Assembly (NCBI GenBank): GCA_964526345.1
Contig: CAZGKI010000004.1
Span: 8,694 to 72,693, forward strand
DNA: 64,000 bases
Source of the DNA: an uncultured Rikenellaceae bacterium
GTDB taxonomy: Bacteria > Bacteroidota > Bacteroidia > Bacteroidales > VadinHA17
Direction of reading: 5' to 3'
The notes below the pieces were generated by a model. That model was given only the letters and a program-made list of their open reading frames with translations. It had not been told where the DNA came from and made no database searches. The position numbers and the translations under genes are program-made. Each line of letters starts with the position of its first letter. Position 1 is the stretch's first letter. Below are positions 48,586 through 58,362 of this stretch, piece after piece.

Positions 48586-51282
48586 ATGAAGCGTTTAATC
48601 CTGTTTTTGCCGATTGTAACACTGTTTTCCTTTATTTCCGAAGCACAAATACTAAAAGGAAAGATAACAAGCCAGTCTGGGGAAGCTATTCCATATGCTA
48701 CTGTATATATACAGGAACTCAGGCAGGGAACAACTGCAAATACGAAAGGCGATTACGAGATAAAGCTGCCGCTGGGCAAGTATCTGGTCATATATCAGAG
48801 TCTTGGGTTTTCTCCGGTATTTTACAACATTTCTGTCACTGACCAGACTATAACTAAAGATGTAGCACTACCTGTACAATTTTATGAAATACCTGAAGTC
48901 AGGATAACAGCTTCTGGTGAAGATCCGGCTTACAGTATAATGAGATATGCCATAGGGATGGCGCCATATTATCTTAATAATGTAAACTCCTATAAGGCAG
49001 AAGTTTACATTAAGGGAAATCTCGTCATTAACAGGATCCCGCGAATTTTTCAGAAAGCCATTAATGCCGAAGTCAGGAATGATAATGGCACTTCAGTAAG
49101 TTCCAAAAAAATTAAGGCCGGAGATGTCTTCCTGATGGAGTCGTTCAATGAGATAGAATTTACAGCACCTGACAAATATTCCCAGAAAGTAATTTCTATT
49201 AACAGTACCTTTCCTGAAACAGGAAATAATGTATCGCCAATGGATATTATTGAGGCCAGCTTCTATGAGCCGTTACTTGGCAATATTGCCATATCGCCTC
49301 TCTCTCCACAGGCATTTTCCTATTATAGATTCAAATACCAGGGAGCTTCTTTGCAGGGTAATTATACGATCAATAAGATACAGGTAATCCCTAAAATGAA
49401 AAGTCAGCAGCTCTTTGAAGGTACAATTTATATTATTGAGGGATTATGGTGCCTTCACAGTGTTGACCTTACAAACAATAATATTGCCGGTAAGATAAGG
49501 ATCCAGCAATTATACATTCCCGTTCAGGATGATATCTGGATGCCGGTAAGCCATAAATTTGAAATAAACCTGGGTATCATGGGATTCAGAGCTGATGCAG
49601 GTTATGGCAGCTCTGTAAAATATCTGGAAGTAAAACCAAATTTATCTCTTAAGAAGCCAGACCTTATAACAGCTGATTACAGCGGAAGAGTTACATCAGC
49701 TCAGGCTGTCCGGGAAGCCCAGGTTTCAAATAACCAGGAAAAGATTAATAAAATACTGGAAAAAGACGAGCTTTCGAACCGCGATATGATAACTCTGTCA
49801 CGACTCATGAACAAGGAATCAGATAATGCCAAACCAGATAGTGTAAAAAATAATCTTGAGATAAAAGATAATACGACACAAATTGTCGAGAAAGATGCCA
49901 CTAAAAAGGACAGCACCTATTGGGCAGAAATAAGACCTATACCGCTTTCGGATGTTGAGATCCGGAGTATCAGGATACGCGACAGTATCAAAAATGAATC
50001 ATTGCTCAAAGAGGTCAGTAGTGATACACTTCGACATGCAGAACAGAAAAAGAAATCCACATTTTTAAAGTCAGTAAAAGAAATAGGGACAGGTCATACA
50101 TGGAGGGATACCACCGGTATCAGCTTAAATTTCGGGGGTCTGGTCAATCTTAAAAATTTTAGCTTTAATACAGTTGACGGGTTCATTTATGGATTTGATT
50201 TCAGAATATCAAAAAAATGGAAAAACAATAATACTCTTACCATTGCCCCTGACCTCAACTGGGCTTTCAGCCGTGAAGCTCTGATGTGGAGCATTCATAC
50301 AAGCTACAACTTCGACAGGATGAAACAGAAGCAAATATATCTGAGGACAGGGATATTAAGCAAGGATATTTCAACAGGAGGTTCCATAAATATTCTTCTA
50401 AACTCGATTGCCTCTCTTTTCTTCAAACAAAACTACCTGAAACTTTATGAAACAAGATATATAACTGCTGGCTATAAAAGTGAGATCAGAAACGGGCTTA
50501 TTCTTGAATTATCAGCAGGTTTCGACGGGAGACGCGTCCTTGAAAATAACACAAATTTTTCATTCGTAGGTTCCAGGAAATCCTATTCTGATAATATGCC
50601 TGACAATCAATATCTTGACATACTTCAAAATCCGAATTATGCCCTGCGCGATCAGAACCATTTTGAATTTGTAACAAATGTTACATTTACGCCACAACAA
50701 AAGTACCGGATATATAATAATGCGAAGATAAATGAAGGATCAGACTGGCCGACATTCAGCTTTATGTGGAAACACGGGATCAATGAATTCTCAGAACTAT
50801 CAGACAAGTACAAGTCTTTTGATATGTTCAGATTTGAGGCGTCAAAAAACCATAAACTCGGTGGATTCAGTGAACTAAGATGGAAAGCCGGTACAGGAGG
50901 ATTCTTGAATAATACTTATGTTCCCTTCTATGATTTCTTCCATTTTAATTCTCAACCTTTACCTGTCCTGATAAATGAGTACCAGTTTGCTACCAGACTT
51001 CCTGCATATTACTCGTTAAGTACCCCTGAATTTTATGGAGAAGCTCACATTAAATATACAACACCTTATCTGCTATTAAAATATCTTCCTGTTTTGAGCA
51101 AAACTCTGATGCGTGAAAATCTGAGTTTTTCATATCTCGGCTCCAGGCACAACTATAATTATACCGAGTTCGGCTACAGTATTTCCGAATTGTTCTTTCT
51201 GGGCGAACTTGGAATTTATGCAGGATTTGAGGACCTGAGATATAAAGATTTCGGCGTCCGGCTGGTGCTCAAGCTTAATTAA
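48586..51282 (+). CDS. CarboxypepD_reg-like plus DUF5686-type outer-membrane-associated protein
   Basis: Signal peptide. N-terminal 'ILKGKITSQSGEAIPYATVYIQELRQGTTANTKGDYEI' (carboxypeptidase-regulatory-like fold). About 900 aa; beta-rich C-terminus ending 'RLVLKLN'. Confidence 0.65.
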   Translation: MKRLILFLPIVTLFSFISEAQILKGKITSQSGEAIPYATVYIQELRQGTTANTKGDYEIKLPLGKYLVIYQSLGFSPVFYNISVTDQTITKDVALPVQFYEIPEVRITASGEDPAYSIMRYAIGMAPYYLNNVNSYKAEVYIKGNLVINRIPRIFQKAINAEVRNDNGTSVSSKKIKAGDVFLMESFNEIEFTAPDKYSQKVISINSTFPETGNNVSPMDIIEASFYEPLLGNIAISPLSPQAFSYYRFKYQGASLQGNYTINKIQVIPKMKSQQLFEGTIYIIEGLWCLHSVDLTNNNIAGKIRIQQLYIPVQDDIWMPVSHKFEINLGIMGFRADAGYGSSVKYLEVKPNLSLKKPDLITADYSGRVTSAQAVREAQVSNNQEKINKILEKDELSNRDMITLSRLMNKESDNAKPDSVKNNLEIKDNTTQIVEKDATKKDSTYWAEIRPIPLSDVEIRSIRIRDSIKNESLLKEVSSDTLRHAEQKKKSTFLKSVKEIGTGHTWRDTTGISLNFGGLVNLKNFSFNTVDGFIYGFDFRISKKWKNNNTLTIAPDLNWAFSREALMWSIHTSYNFDRMKQKQIYLRTGILSKDISTGGSINILLNSIASLFFKQNYLKLYETRYITAGYKSEIRNGLILELSAGFDGRRVLENNTNFSFVGSRKSYSDNMPDNQYLDILQNPNYALRDQNHFEFVTNVTFTPQQKYRIYNNAKINEGSDWPTFSFMWKHGINEFSELSDKYKSFDMFRFEASKNHKLGGFSELRWKAGTGGFLNNTYVPFYDFFHFNSQPLPVLINEYQFATRLPAYYSLSTPEFYGEAHIKYTTPYLLLKYLPVLSKTLMRENLSFSYLGSRHNYNYTEFGYSISELFFLGELGIYAGFEDLRYKDFGVRLVLKLN

Positions 51283-51290
51283 TATTTGCC

Positions 51291-52811
51291 CTAAGCAAAA
51301 GGAGGTTCATCATGATTATCTGACTCATGATCAAATCCTCCACCGGGATAACGGAAATGATCATGGTTCATTTTTGATCCAAGGGTAATGCTTTGTGAAC
51401 TACCGTTTTCAGGAAGTGCGTCAATATCAAACTCATCAATATCAACAAACTGAGCCTTTTCTTCCCGAAATTTCAGCTTCACATCATCAACAGGTCCGTT
51501 ACGGTTTTTGGCGAGAATTATTTCAGCAATTCCTTTAGTTGTTGACCCGTCTTCAAAAGTCTGTATCCCGAATTTCTCCTGACGGTGGATAAATACGACC
51601 ATGTCGGCATCCTGCTCTATTGCACCTGATTCTCGAAGGTCGGAAAGAAGAGGTCTCTTGGTACCGCCTCTCATTTCCACTGACCTGTTAAGCTGAGATA
51701 ATGCAATAATAGGTACATTAAGCTCTTTGGCAATACTCTTAAGCGATCTTGAGATATTACTTACCTCCTGTTCACGGCTCCCGGCATTATCTGGTCCAGA
51801 CATCAGCTGAAGATAGTCGACAATAACCAGATCGAGCTTATGCTGAGCCTTTAATCTGCGGCATTTGGCTCTGAGTTCAAAGATTGAAATTGCGGGGGTG
51901 TCGTCAATATAAATAGGTGCCTGTACAAGCTTTTTGATCCTGGAATCGAGCTGTTTCCACTCCTCCTCCGATAATCTTCCGTTTCGTATCTTATCGCCCG
52001 GGATATCTGTTTCCGCAACAATCAAACGGTTGACCAGCTGAATTGAAGACATCTCACATGAGAATATTGCCACTTTCTTACCATGGTCGATTGACATATT
52101 CCTTGCCATAGAAAGAGCAAACGCTGTTTTTCCCATAGATGGCCTTGCTGCAACAATTATAAGCTCCGACTTCTGCCAGCCCGAAGTAAGCCTGTCAAGC
52201 CGTGTAAAACCTGAAGGAATACCAACGAGTGCATCTTCTCTCTTTCCTGCTTCCTCAATTTCCCTGATAGCCTCCTTGATAACCATATTGATCGGAGAAA
52301 CTTCCCTTTTTATATTGCCTTCAGCAATTTGAAACAATTCATTTTCAGAATAATCGAGTAATTCCACCACATCCCAGGTATCATCAAACGATCTGGTCTG
52401 TATCTCTGTTGACACCCTGATAAGCTCGCGCTGGATATATTTTTGTGCAACGATCCTGGCATGATAATCGACATTTGCAGCACTCACAACTTTTGATGTA
52501 AGTTGTGTCAGATAGACAGGCCCTCCTACACTTTCAAGTTCGTTATGTGCTTTGAGCTCTTCAGTTACAGTATACAGATCTACAGGATATTCCTTTGCCG
52601 CCAGATCGGAGACAGCCTTAAATATCTTTCTGTGGGCATCTTTATAAAAGCTTTCAGGCTTCAGGATATCAAGGATAGTGATCACTGCCTCTTTTTCAAG
52701 CATTATAGCACCCAGAACTGCCTCTTCCATATCAATAGCCTGCGGGGGTACTTTACCAAGATCGGGTAAAACCTGCACACCGGACCTCATGCTTGTTGTC
52801 TGTTTTGCCAT
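51291..52811 (-). CDS. dnaB: replicative DNA helicase DnaB
   Basis: 'PPQAIDMEEAVLGAIM'; Walker A 'ARPSMGKTAFAL'; 'IVDYLQLM'; 'ALSQLNRSVE'. Confidence 0.95.
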   Translation of the reverse strand: MAKQTTSMRSGVQVLPDLGKVPPQAIDMEEAVLGAIMLEKEAVITILDILKPESFYKDAHRKIFKAVSDLAAKEYPVDLYTVTEELKAHNELESVGGPVYLTQLTSKVVSAANVDYHARIVAQKYIQRELIRVSTEIQTRSFDDTWDVVELLDYSENELFQIAEGNIKREVSPINMVIKEAIREIEEAGKREDALVGIPSGFTRLDRLTSGWQKSELIIVAARPSMGKTAFALSMARNMSIDHGKKVAIFSCEMSSIQLVNRLIVAETDIPGDKIRNGRLSEEEWKQLDSRIKKLVQAPIYIDDTPAISIFELRAKCRRLKAQHKLDLVIVDYLQLMSGPDNAGSREQEVSNISRSLKSIAKELNVPIIALSQLNRSVEMRGGTKRPLLSDLRESGAIEQDADMVVFIHRQEKFGIQTFEDGSTTKGIAEIILAKNRNGPVDDVKLKFREEKAQFVDIDEFDIDALPENGSSQSITLGSKMNHDHFRYPGGGFDHESDNHDEPPFA

Positions 52812-53022
52812 TTATTATATAATATTGATCTATTGATGTTTACAACTAGATGTAAATATTTCTACCTGCGGTTTCAAAGGTATGAATTAGCATCTTTATT
52901 AATCCATTACGTCACCTTTTCTTACAAACAGATTCATGTTAAAAACTTGTTGAAAAGGTTAAAAACAAGATTTTGGCAACAAATTCAAAACCTAATGGTA
53001 TTTTTACAACAAATAAAGGAAG

Positions 53023-53841
53023 ATGATTACTTTCCCGAAAGCAAAAATCAATCTCGGATTAAGGATTACAGGGAAACGTCCTGACGGGTTTCATGATATA
53101 GAGACCGTTTTTTATCCTGTCCCTTTATCTGATGCTCTTGAGTTTGTGGAATCGAACTCATCATCCGATAAAGATGACCTTGTTGTCACCGGAATGCATA
53201 TATCAGCCCCGGAGGATCATAATCTGGTCATTAAAGCGATCCGGAAGCTTCGGGAAAATTTTACATTCCCGTTTTTCAGAATACATCTTCATAAAGGGAT
53301 ACCATCAGGCGCAGGACTGGGAGGAGGCTCGTCTGATGCAGCAGTCATCCTGAAGGCTGTCAACAAATGTTACAGGTTATCGATCAATGATGAAACAATG
53401 AGACAATATGCCCTTGAAATTGGCAGTGACAGTCCTTTTTTTCTAAATCCGGTACCTTCATTTGCAACAGGGCGCGGCGAAATCCTCAAGCCGATAGAAC
53501 CTTTCCTGGAAGGATATTTTCTGCTTCTGCTTAATCCGGGTATAAGCATCAGTACCAGAGATGCATACATGAACTGCCAACCAGTAAAAGCGGAAAAGAA
53601 TATTAAATCATTCTTTTACGAAAGACCATCTGAATGGAAAGAATTTATAGTCAACGACTTTGAAGAATATGTTTTCAGGCTCCACCCTCAGATCAGAGAG
53701 ATGAAGGATCTTCTATACAAAACAGGCGCTCTTTACAGTTCCATGTCGGGTAGCGGATCAACAGTTTATGGCATCTTTGAAGCCAAACCTCAAATACCTG
53801 AACATCTTAAAAAGCATCTGATCTTTGAAGGCAATCTCTGA
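53023..53841 (+). CDS. ispE: 4-diphosphocytidyl-2-C-methyl-D-erythritol kinase
   Basis: 'KINLGLRITGKRPDGFHDIETVF'; GHMP motif 'PSGAGLGGGSSDAA'. Confidence 0.9.
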   Translation: MITFPKAKINLGLRITGKRPDGFHDIETVFYPVPLSDALEFVESNSSSDKDDLVVTGMHISAPEDHNLVIKAIRKLRENFTFPFFRIHLHKGIPSGAGLGGGSSDAAVILKAVNKCYRLSINDETMRQYALEIGSDSPFFLNPVPSFATGRGEILKPIEPFLEGYFLLLLNPGISISTRDAYMNCQPVKAEKNIKSFFYERPSEWKEFIVNDFEEYVFRLHPQIREMKDLLYKTGALYSSMSGSGSTVYGIFEAKPQIPEHLKKHLIFEGNL

Positions 53842-53886
53842 TCTCATTCGCTTCGCCTCTGTGAGAGTACCTGGTAAGAGGCAGCT

Positions 53887-54204
53887 CTATTCCATTTCCA
53901 TCAGGAGAGTTCCTTTTGCCACTTTATCTCCCTTTTTCACATTTATACTTTTCACCTTGCCGTCAATATTTGCTTTCAGGTGATTCTGCATTTTCATTGC
54001 ATCAAGGATGATAAGGCTTTCACCTTTGCGAACTGACTGCCCTGTCTTTGCAAGTATATCAACCACTGTACCGGGAATGAAGCTCATTACCAGACAGGGA
54101 TCGGGGATTTTGTATGGCTTTCTTTTTTGATACTTTTTGCCGATCCTGGTTTTATAGAGAGTGGAGTTGATATTCAGGACTTCCAGTTTATCAAAATGTT
54201 TCAT
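53887..54204 (-). CDS. small biotin carboxyl carrier (biotinyl-domain) protein
   Basis: 105 aa; biotinylation motif 'ILDAMKMQN' in a lipoyl/biotinyl fold. Confidence 0.8.
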   Translation of the reverse strand: MKHFDKLEVLNINSTLYKTRIGKKYQKRKPYKIPDPCLVMSFIPGTVVDILAKTGQSVRKGESLIILDAMKMQNHLKANIDGKVKSINVKKGDKVAKGTLLMEME

Positions 54205-54229
54205 GTGTAAATAATTTTGATTTTAATGG

Positions 54230-54317
54230 CCACATGAACCCCGAAGGGCTCGCCGAAGGCAAACCCACATGTGAAAAATATTTTCATTTTGTTTGCGTTT
54301 GGAAATCATGTGGGTTT
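54230..54317 (-). other. structured intercistronic RNA region (nested and alternative hairpins)
   Basis: 11-bp perfect inverted repeat AAACCCACATG (54261-54271) / CATGTGGGTTT (54307-54317). Inner hairpin TGAAAA-ata-TTTTCA (54272-54286). Two GC mini-hairpins that read GCCUUCGGC and GCCCUUCGGGG on the transcript. A third copy, CCACATG, at 54230-54236. Confidence 0.5.
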
Positions 54318-54350
54318 CATAACGATTAATTTATTTTCATACAGACACAA

Positions 54351-55895
54351 TTAAAATGGAGGAAGGCCATGTTTTTTTTCAGGCATCTGTACCGATTTTT
54401 TTTCAGATACAGCAATGGAGTGTAAAAGGAATTTCCTTGTCTCGGATGGTTCTATAACAGCATCTACATATCCCCGTGAGGCAGCAACATATGGATTCGC
54501 AAATTTTGCCTTATATTCCTCAACCTTTTGTTTCCTTGTTTTTTCCGGGTCATCCGACGATATTATCTCTTTCCTGAATATTATACTAGCGGCTCCTTCA
54601 GGTCCCATCACAGCTATTTCAGCGGAGGGCCATGCAAAAACAAAATCGGCCCTGAGGTGACGGGAACTCATGGCAATATAACCACCACCATAAGCTTTAC
54701 GGATTATAACTGTTAGTTTTGGCACTGTTGCTTCACTATATGCATATAGGACTTTTGCTCCATGCCTGATAACACCAGCATGTTCCTGGTCGACACCGGG
54801 CAGATAGCCGGGAAGGTCCACGAGTGTGATAATCGGGATGTTAAATGCATCGCAATAACGGATGAACCTGGCTGCCTTATCTGACGAGTCAACATCAAGA
54901 ACTCCCGCCATTTCAAGAGGCTGATTAGCTACGAATCCGGTTGTCCGACCACCCATCCTGCCGAAGCCTATCACGATATTTTTAGCGTAGAGTTCCATAA
55001 TTTCAAAAAAATCAGATTTATCAACTACAGCCCTTATTAAATCTTTCACATCATATGGAAGTGTGGGATCTTCAGGGACTATCTTTTCAATATTATACAC
55101 CGGGTCGGGTTCCCCTGCTTCAAAAGGTCTGGCTTTCTGTCCATTATTCCATGGGATAAATGTTATAAGCTTCTTAATCTGATCGAAGCATTCATCTTCA
55201 GTTGAAGCAAAAAAATGAGCATTACCTGTTATTTCACTGTGAACACGCGCACCTCCCAGGTCTTCCATGGAAATCTCCTCTCCAAGGACAGTCTTTATTA
55301 CCTCCGGACCAGTAATGAACATCTTGGAAATATTATCAACCACAAAAACAAAATCAGTAAGGGCAGGAGAATAAACTGCCCCTCCTGCGCATGGACCAAG
55401 TATGACTGAGATCTGGGGTATTACGCCGCTAGAAATTGTATTTCGAAAGAATATTTCTCCATATCCAGCCAGTGAATTGACGCCTTCCTGGATCCTGGCT
55501 CCTCCTGAATCATTTATTCCGATAAGAGGCATTCTCATCTTAAGTGCATGGTCCATTATTTTAGTGATCTTTCTCGAGTGCATCAATCCAAGCGAACCTC
55601 CTGCAACAGTGAAATCCTGGGCAAATATTGCAACAGGAGCTCCGTAAATTGTTCCCGACCCGATTATCACACCATCACTGGGAAGAGACCTTTTATCCAT
55701 GTCGAAATCGCGGGCATCGTGTTCGACAAAAAGGTCATATTCGTTGAATGAGTTTTCATCCAGAAGGGCCAGTATTCTCTCACGGGCAGTTCGTTTACCC
55801 ATTGCTTTCTGCTTTTCAATGGCCTGTTCGCCACCACCCAGCAGTAACTTTTCACGTTTCTCCTGTAATTCCTGAATTTTCTTATTTTTTGCCAT
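54351..55895 (-). CDS. acyl-CoA carboxylase carboxyltransferase subunit (propionyl-CoA carboxylase beta / methylmalonyl-CoA decarboxylase alpha family)
   Basis: 514 aa. 'GGGEQAIEKQKAMGKRTARERI' start; 'AQDFTVAGGSLG'; 'GPCAGGAVYSPALTDF'; 'AYGGGYIAM'. Confidence 0.9.
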   Translation of the reverse strand: MAKNKKIQELQEKREKLLLGGGEQAIEKQKAMGKRTARERILALLDENSFNEYDLFVEHDARDFDMDKRSLPSDGVIIGSGTIYGAPVAIFAQDFTVAGGSLGLMHSRKITKIMDHALKMRMPLIGINDSGGARIQEGVNSLAGYGEIFFRNTISSGVIPQISVILGPCAGGAVYSPALTDFVFVVDNISKMFITGPEVIKTVLGEEISMEDLGGARVHSEITGNAHFFASTEDECFDQIKKLITFIPWNNGQKARPFEAGEPDPVYNIEKIVPEDPTLPYDVKDLIRAVVDKSDFFEIMELYAKNIVIGFGRMGGRTTGFVANQPLEMAGVLDVDSSDKAARFIRYCDAFNIPIITLVDLPGYLPGVDQEHAGVIRHGAKVLYAYSEATVPKLTVIIRKAYGGGYIAMSSRHLRADFVFAWPSAEIAVMGPEGAASIIFRKEIISSDDPEKTRKQKVEEYKAKFANPYVAASRGYVDAVIEPSETRKFLLHSIAVSEKKSVQMPEKKHGLPPF

Positions 55896-55972
55896 AGGAA
55901 AATGCTTAAAATATTTTATGTTAATGGTTGATCCAAGGTAAAAATCTTTTCTGAAATGGTGAATTTAATAAA

Positions 55973-57070
55973 CTATTTAGGAGCCAGCCGGTAAAAAACC
56001 AGAGCTATGATCAAATAAAGAATATTAGGTATCCACATTGCAATCATGGGTGCAATATCTCCCTTCAGGGAAAACTGAGAAGCAAATTGCATGAACAGGA
56101 TATAGGAGAAGCTCAGAGCAAGGCCAATACCAATATTCATACCTATTCCACCCCGTACTTTTCTTGAAGACAGGGATACACCGATCAGGGAAAGAATAAA
56201 AACGGCAAACGGACTTGAAAAGCGTCTGTGTTTCTCGATAAGAAAAGTGTTTAGTTCATCAGATCCCTGCAGTTGAAGAAGTTTAATATAATTATCAAGC
56301 TCCCTGTAAGTCATGGTACTGACAAATCCCGGGTCGCGTGAGAAATCTTCGGGATTAAGGATAAGTGTAGTATCTATTTTACTGCCGTTGCTTATTAATT
56401 CCTGATTCCCTTCAATCTCCCTTATCGTATAATTCAAAGCCGACCATTTATGTGTAGCTGTATCCCATATTGCTGTAGGGGCTGATAATTTGGATAATAG
56501 TTTTCCTTTATCATTAAACTTCTCTATTGTGAAATTGCGACCTCTGTTGTATACCGGACTGAAAGATTCCATATAAACGAGGATATTTTTAGAAACCTGC
56601 CTGTGAATATTTACGACGTTGAGTTTCCTTCCCTGAGAACGGTAGTACTTATCTTCGAAATCCATCCTTACGAGGTTTGCATGCGGAATGACAAAGTTTG
56701 TAAGATAGAAAATGAAGATGGCAATAAAGAGAGACGAAACGAAGTAAGGCCACATCATCCTCCTGAAACTCATTCCGCTGTTTAAAATAGCAATAATCTC
56801 AGTGTTGACAGCCATCCTTGAAGTAAAAAATATAACAGATATAAACACAAACAGTGGTGCAAAAAGGGTAGCAAAATATGGAATGAAATTCAGGTAATAA
56901 TCAAAAACCACAGCTTTCCACGGGGCCGATCGCTCCATGAAATTATCGATTTTCTCGGCAAAATCAAAAACCACAGCTATTGTCAGGATCAGTACAAGAC
57001 AAAAGAAGAAAGTGCCAAGAAACTTTTTTATTATATATGTATCTATTAATTTAAACTTCATCATTTTCAT
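55973..57070 (-). CDS. LptF/LptG-family (YjgP/YjgQ) LPS export permease
   Basis: 365 aa; 'IDTYIIKKFLGTFFF' start; six TM segments with a central periplasmic beta-jellyroll region. Confidence 0.8.
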   Translation of the reverse strand: MKMMKFKLIDTYIIKKFLGTFFFCLVLILTIAVVFDFAEKIDNFMERSAPWKAVVFDYYLNFIPYFATLFAPLFVFISVIFFTSRMAVNTEIIAILNSGMSFRRMMWPYFVSSLFIAIFIFYLTNFVIPHANLVRMDFEDKYYRSQGRKLNVVNIHRQVSKNILVYMESFSPVYNRGRNFTIEKFNDKGKLLSKLSAPTAIWDTATHKWSALNYTIREIEGNQELISNGSKIDTTLILNPEDFSRDPGFVSTMTYRELDNYIKLLQLQGSDELNTFLIEKHRRFSSPFAVFILSLIGVSLSSRKVRGGIGMNIGIGLALSFSYILFMQFASQFSLKGDIAPMIAMWIPNILYLIIALVFYRLAPK

Positions 57071-58194
57071 AAACGCGCTGATACTTTTTTTATCGTAGTC
57101 TCTTTCCAGGTTTTGAAATTTCCCTCTTCAATTGCTCTTCTGGCATCCCGTAAAAGCTTCATGTAAAACGCCAGATTATGAATACTTGATATTTGAGATC
57201 CCAGAATCTCCCCTGAAATGATAAGATGCCGCAGGTATGCCTTTGAATACCTGACACTTACTGAAGAAGGTGTTTTCAGGTCAATGGCACTGAAATCGTT
57301 TATCCACTGACGGTTCTTAATATTTATTATACCTTCCGAGGTAAATAACATCCCATTTCGTCCATTGCGTGTAGGCATTACACAATCAAACATATCAACG
57401 CCCCGCTCTATGGCTTCGAGGATATTGGCTGGTGTACCCACTCCCATCAGGTACCTTGGCTTATCTTCAGGCAAGATATTGTTTACAATCTCAACTGTTC
57501 TGTACATCTCTTCTGCAGGCTCGCCAACGGATAAGCCTCCTATTGCATTACCCTCCATTCCTGCCTCAGCAACCTTTTCAGCAGACATTTTTCTCAGGTC
57601 ATCGAATATACCGCCCTGCACTATCGGGAAAAGAAACTGTTCATTTCCCCAATTCGGATCTGTCGTTTCAAATCTTTTTATAGCCCTGTCAAGCCACAGA
57701 TGCGTAAGTGTTACTGATTTTTTTGCATACTCGTAATCGCAGGGAAAAGGAGCGCATTCATCAAAAGCCATCATAATGTCGGAACCGATAATTCGCTGGA
57801 TGTCAACAACATTCTCGGGAGTAAAAATATGTTTCGATCCGTCAATATGTGATTTGAATACTGCCCCCTCTTCCTTAAGCTTCCTGTTGCCGGAAAGCGA
57901 AAAAACCTGGTAGCCTCCGCTGTCGGTAAGGATCGGCCTGTCCCACGACATAAAGCTATGAAGTCCACCGGCCTCTTGCAAAATATCGATTCCGGGACGA
58001 AGGTAGAGATGATAAGTATTTCCCAGAATGATTTTTGCATCGATTTCTTCAACCAGGTCACGCTGCAGTATCCCTTTTACTGTTCCTGCTGTACCTACAG
58101 GCATAAATATTGGTGTCGGAATATCTCCGTGGGAAGTCTTCAAAAGACCTGCCCTTGCATTCGTATCCTTATCCCTTTTCTGAACCTCAAACAT
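57067..58194 (-). CDS. tgt: tRNA-guanosine(34) transglycosylase
   Basis: 'TPIFMPVGT'; 'LGNTYHL'; 'TDSGGYQVFS'; 'GLSVGE'; Zn site 'CVMPTRNGRNG'. Confidence 0.95.
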   Translation of the reverse strand: MFEVQKRDKDTNARAGLLKTSHGDIPTPIFMPVGTAGTVKGILQRDLVEEIDAKIILGNTYHLYLRPGIDILQEAGGLHSFMSWDRPILTDSGGYQVFSLSGNRKLKEEGAVFKSHIDGSKHIFTPENVVDIQRIIGSDIMMAFDECAPFPCDYEYAKKSVTLTHLWLDRAIKRFETTDPNWGNEQFLFPIVQGGIFDDLRKMSAEKVAEAGMEGNAIGGLSVGEPAEEMYRTVEIVNNILPEDKPRYLMGVGTPANILEAIERGVDMFDCVMPTRNGRNGMLFTSEGIINIKNRQWINDFSAIDLKTPSSVSVRYSKAYLRHLIISGEILGSQISSIHNLAFYMKLLRDARRAIEEGNFKTWKETTIKKVSARL

Positions 58195-58362
58195 CTTTCA
58201 GGCCTCTTACCGGCAGCACAAATGTAATTCATCTGCACGGCCTGTAAAAATTAAACCCGTTTTTTTTCACCTGAAGTGGAAGGTTTAAAAAATATTGTTG
58301 AAAACAAAGTTTTTACATTACAATTATCTTACTAATATTGCCTTATATAATGAAAGTTGGTG

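Noticed and set aside
52833-53084. An 83-aa ORF spanning the dnaB-ispE intergenic region. I also looked here for DnaA boxes or an origin.
   Set aside because: The ORF runs into ispE out of frame and has an implausible composition. I saw no cluster of TTATCCACA-like boxes in this region. A single one-mismatch TTATCCATA elsewhere in the window, near 43065, is not evidence for oriC.
54223-54309. A 28-codon minus-strand ORF (MISKRKQNENIFHMWVCLRRALRGSCGH) in the carboxylase spacer. It might be a missing small delta-type subunit.
   Set aside because: It is not hydrophobic like OadG/MmdD-type subunits. Its sequence is simply the read-out of the hairpin repeats.
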